Part shown: piece after piece, positions 26,405 through 29,326 of the stretch | How positions within the stretch are numbered: the stretch's first letter is position 1 | Layout: every line of letters begins with the position of its first letter | Assembly (NCBI GenBank): GCA_030426445.1 | Contig: JAUHYS010000001.1 | Coordinates: 1 to 29,326 of the forward strand | Direction: 5' to 3' | Source of the DNA: a bacterium | GTDB lineage: Bacteria; UBA10199; DSSB01 | Length of the DNA: 29,326 nt | Position numbers and translations under genes: made by a program | Notes under the pieces: generated by a model | Seen by the model: the letters and a program-made list of their open reading frames with translations, nothing else | What the model was told of the DNA's origin: nothing | Databases searched by the model: none

Positions 26405-26526
26405 AGAACGATCAGAAATAGTTAGATGCGAGGCGGAGAAAAAATTTAATCAGGAGGCGCACCTTGAGTACGTCGAGTGATTGGATTTTTTCTACAACAA
26501 AGCAGACAGCTATTTATCATCGTTCA
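26405..26526 (+). repeat. 122-nt structured intergenic element, copy B
   Basis: Terminal inverted repeat GAACGATCAGAAATAGTT vs AGCTATTTATCATCGTTC (15/18 complementary). Inner 15-bp stem GAAAAAATTTAATCA/TGATTGGATTTTTTC with two U.G pairs. Same core motifs and spacing as copy A. Confidence 0.8.
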
Positions 26527-26534
26527 GGTTAGAT

Positions 26535-27125
26535 ATGTTGCAAGACTTTTACAACTGGACCTTAGCCTGGGCAGCAAGCCCCTATGCCGAATGGGCTTTG
26601 TCGATTATTGCATTTACGGAGGCTTCTTTTTTTCCAATCCCACCTGACTTGCTGATGATTCCCATGGCGGCGTCTCGTCCTAGCATGTCTTTTTTCTTTG
26701 CTTTTCTTTGTACTTTATTTTCTCTCACCGGAGGAGTCTTTGGCTATTGGATTGGACAAAAGGGTGGACAACCTTTACTCAACCGCTTTGTAAAAGAGGA
26801 AAACATACTCAAAGTAGAAAAGCTTTTTAACCGTTATGATGCTTGGGCCATTGGAATTGCCGGCTTTACGCCCATTCCCTTTAAAGTATTTACCATCGCC
26901 TCGGGAGCCTTTCGCATTAACTTTAAGACCTTTCTAATAGCTTCTCTTATTGGAAGAGCCGGTCGTTTCTTTATTGTCGGCACTTTATTTTATTTTTGGG
27001 GAGCCCAAATCCAGACCTTTATAGAAAAATACCTTAACTGGATTTCAATCGCTCTAGTCTTTTTATTAGTTTTAGGAGCTTTCTTAATGCATTGGAATAA
27101 GAAAAAGAGGGCACCGGCAACTTAA
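26535..27125 (+). CDS. yqaA: YqaA family (DedA/SNARE-associated) membrane protein
   Basis: AFTEASFFPIPPDLLMIPM, GGVFGYWIG, AGFTPIPFKVFTIASG, GRAGRFF. The track's TTG 26481 lies inside the repeat, so ATG 26535 is preferred. Confidence 0.9.
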   Translation: MLQDFYNWTLAWAASPYAEWALSIIAFTEASFFPIPPDLLMIPMAASRPSMSFFFAFLCTLFSLTGGVFGYWIGQKGGQPLLNRFVKEENILKVEKLFNRYDAWAIGIAGFTPIPFKVFTIASGAFRINFKTFLIASLIGRAGRFFIVGTLFYFWGAQIQTFIEKYLNWISIALVFLLVLGAFLMHWNKKKRAPAT

Positions 27126-27136
27126 ATAAAATCAAG

Positions 27137-27238
27137 TAAACTTCCTTCCTAACCGTAGGAGCGGGGTCTAAACCCGCCCATGATAGAGGTAGTTATAAAG
27201 TAAAGGGCAGGTTTAGAACCTGCCCCTACAAATTCATT
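27137..27238. repeat. GTAG-family REP doublet (REPIN-like)
   Basis: REP1 GTAGGAGCGGGGTCTAAACCCGCCC (27155-27179), 25-nt spacer, inverted REP2 GGGCAGGTTTAGAACCTGCCCCTAC (27205-27229). Confidence 0.85.
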
Positions 27239-27497
27239 TTACAGGCTCAAGTAAAATCAAAAAATTACTTAGTAATTTCTAGTATGTAATTTCTATTATT
27301 GACTTTGCACTTTGCTAAACTTACCACATATGCTTTGAGTCAATGGGTCCGTTGCTAAGAGATACCGAAAACTCATCAAGAAAATATGCTGCCAATGATA
27401 AAAAAGTCGCAACCTTATCTTCCTAGCTTTCGATAATAGTCCTGTATTGACCTATGACTTTAACTTAAAGGTTTCGATTTATTTAGGAGGCTTTCCC

Positions 27498-28343
27498 ATG
27501 ACCGTTTCAACTATTAACACAAACTCTCAGGTTCCAAACGAACAAAATACAAATCAAAGCACAACGCACACTCAAAACCAACAAGCGACCCCTACTCAGA
27601 ATGAGCTTCAAAATAATGAAGCCTCTCGAAACTCACATCACGGACTTCAAAACCTACAAAATGTAAATAGTATAGCATCTACTCAAGAAGGAGACACTTA
27701 CACTTTAAGTGATTTACAAATAGCAGAGCAAAGACAAGTCGCTAATGATAATTCGTTTGATTACTATAGAGGCTTAATCGAAGAAAACGGTGGAACTTTT
27801 TTAGAGTCTTCTGACCAACGCAATATTCTTGGTTTACGTTGTGAAACAAATACCACCGAAAATGATAACCAAGGTGCATATGATGATAAAATGATCATGT
27901 TATGGTTAGACGAAGACGGCAAGAAACAAATAAGATACTATGAATCTACTAATACTGAACCCAGCGCTCGTTATGAAGGCAAATACGGTGTAGATGCAGA
28001 CGGCGATGGTAAAAAAGATTTAGGGCGCATGCCTGTAGGCTACCAAGAATATACAGTGGGTAAAAGCGCTAAATTTGGAGATGTGCTCCGACCTACCAGC
28101 GATACTCATGCCGAAAGAGACACTGACCATGATGGGGACTTTGACGACGAAGAGTTTGCTTCGGCTGGAAAATCTATGATTTTTCACCCAGGTGGAAACA
28201 ACATGACCGGAAGCGCTGGATGCCAAACCCTTCCTCCTGACGAATATGACACTTTTTGGGAAGACCTTACTCAAGATGGAAGCCCTAGTCTAGTAGGCTA
28301 TACCTTAATGAACACAAATACTTTGGACGAAAACTCTGATTAG
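27498..28343 (+). CDS. Putative YkuD/L,D-transpeptidase-like (Tlde1-like) peptidoglycan-active protein with an N/Q/T-rich leader and DxDxDG motifs
   Basis: IFHPGG...GSAGCQT (His..SxGC), DADGDGKKD, DTDHDGDFD, no signal peptide, AGGAGG RBS before ATG 27498. Confidence 0.55.
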   Translation: MTVSTINTNSQVPNEQNTNQSTTHTQNQQATPTQNELQNNEASRNSHHGLQNLQNVNSIASTQEGDTYTLSDLQIAEQRQVANDNSFDYYRGLIEENGGTFLESSDQRNILGLRCETNTTENDNQGAYDDKMIMLWLDEDGKKQIRYYESTNTEPSARYEGKYGVDADGDGKKDLGRMPVGYQEYTVGKSAKFGDVLRPTSDTHAERDTDHDGDFDDEEFASAGKSMIFHPGGNNMTGSAGCQTLPPDEYDTFWEDLTQDGSPSLVGYTLMNTNTLDENSD

Positions 28344-28391
28344 CATAGCAACAGCGTGCTCTCTGCTGCGCTTTTTTCTTTACAATCGACT

Positions 28392-28439
28392 CCCCCTCAC
28401 CCGCCCTACGGGCGACCTCTCCCTCCAGGGGAGAAGTGA
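28392..28439. repeat. GC-rich double-hairpin intergenic palindromic element
   Basis: CCCCTCAC-CCGCCC-TAC-GGGCG-ACC-TCTCCC-TCCAG-GGGAGA-AGTGA. Two hairpins are closed by TCAC/GTGA, in AT-rich surroundings. Confidence 0.6.
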
Positions 28440-28679
28440 CAAGTATAGAAATATTTAAAATGATCTAAATATTTTTTTTCTTTACACATGACTATTAGTC
28501 ATTTGTTTTTTTTAAATAATTCTATTTTTTATAAAATTACAAATTATCTTATAAATAAATTCATTTTTTAAATTAAAATCAATTATTTACAAGGCTGGGA
28601 GTATATGCGAGATGGTTTTATATTAAATACCCTCTAAAAATACCCTCTCATTTATAAATTAAATAACAGGAGATAAACT

Positions 28680-29326
28680 ATGGCTCGAGTTGAAGGCAAG
28701 GCACTCACGTCTCAATGGGAAAATGATTCTACAAACACATCCAATCAATCAATAAATGATTTGGTTAATCCATCGACCCCCGATGATTCCGCATATATGT
28801 CGATAGATGAATCAGTAATCGACGCAGATATTAACCTCACAGAAATTCCAGACGAAACTCAAGACGCTTATGTGAGCATAGATGATATTCCTATGGCTCC
28901 AACAGCCGCTCCAGCACAAGCTCCCCAGCAGCCAGAACTTAACCTTGTTCAACTCCGTCGCATTGCCGAAGAATCCGAAATCTTTGCCAGCGAAATCGTC
29001 ATCGAGGCCGGACCCGTGGACAAAGCAGACGAAGACCGTCTGGTTAAGCTGGAACAAAAAGTTCAAGCCTTAGAAATCGCCGCCACCAACTACGCAGTTA
29101 TTGGAGACGAAGTCGCCCTGGAGCGCGTGAATACGGAGCTAGAAAACCTTTACGCCCAAACCAATAACGAAGCTGGCTTGATCTTCATGTCCGCTAAAGA
29201 AGCTCTACGCAATAACGAACTTGCTGAAGCCGTTGGACAATTTGCTTTATTAAAAGATGTTATCGCAGACCCTAATAATGGTATTAGCGCCGAAGACCGC
29301 ATGGTCTCGGGTGTGCAACTCAATGG
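28680..29326 (+). CDS. Hypothetical acidic protein, 3'-truncated by the window edge and absent from the ORF track
   Basis: AGGAG RBS, then ATG 28680 and an uninterrupted frame MARVEGKALTSQWENDSTNTSNQS...RMVSGVQLN to the window end. Disordered N-terminus followed by predicted helices. Confidence 0.85.
   Translation, partial: MARVEGKALTSQWENDSTNTSNQSINDLVNPSTPDDSAYMSIDESVIDADINLTEIPDETQDAYVSIDDIPMAPTAAPAQAPQQPELNLVQLRRIAEESEIFASEIVIEAGPVDKADEDRLVKLEQKVQALEIAATNYAVIGDEVALERVNTELENLYAQTNNEAGLIFMSAKEALRNNELAEAVGQFALLKDVIADPNNGISAEDRMVSGVQLN

Noticed and set aside
27290-27445. Sigma54/sigma28 promoter or c-di-GMP riboswitch upstream of the 27498 gene
   Set aside because: TTGCAC-TTTGC and TCGATAA resemble parts of these motifs, but the spacings are wrong. 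No GEMM core was found.
24651-28439. CRISPR array or tRNA interpretation of the clustered hairpins
   Set aside because: No regularly spaced identical repeats with unique spacers, no cas genes, and no cloverleaf, T-loop or CCA features.
28625-28648. AAATACCCTCT direct repeat (period 13) before the 28680 gene
   Set aside because: Only two copies. It could be a regulator site or a small duplication, but nothing else supports a function.
28020-29073. ORFs 28020-28274, 28812-29066 and 28882-29073
   Set aside because: Shadows of the 27498 gene and of the real, window-truncated ORF starting at 28680.

Overview
AT-rich chromosomal region of a Gram-negative bacterium. The gene mix (pgpA-cinA, mpl, class II RNR, many lipoproteins) suggests a deltaproteobacterial-type lineage, which is an inference only. 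Housekeeping genes: nrdJ, a PpiC-type PPIase lipoprotein, pgpA, cinA, mpl, hisF-hisI, yajQ and yqaA. Accessory modules: (i) a TetR-controlled pair of fatty-acid-hydroxylase paralogs with a visible promoter and operator; (ii) ferredoxin-MBL, MEKHLA-LOG, USP and ALDH genes; (iii) a four-gene operon behind two palindromic Fur-like boxes, encoding imelysin, di-heme cytochrome c, imelysin and a vitamin K-dependent gamma-carboxylase-like (HTTM) membrane protein, preceded by an Rsm22/METTL17-like methyltransferase with four conserved Cys; (iv) two signal-peptide-less, low-complexity-leader, effector-like genes at the right end, one with an L,D-transpeptidase-like H..SxGC motif and one truncated by the window edge and missing from the ORF track. 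Three families of small structured intergenic repeats are present: two 122-nt rod-like elements that align without gaps but have different, individually self-complementary stems; a GTAG-REP doublet plus its collapsed single-hairpin form; and a GC-rich double hairpin. No tRNA, rRNA, CRISPR array, transposase or prophage was seen. No database searches were run; all family calls come from motif recognition.
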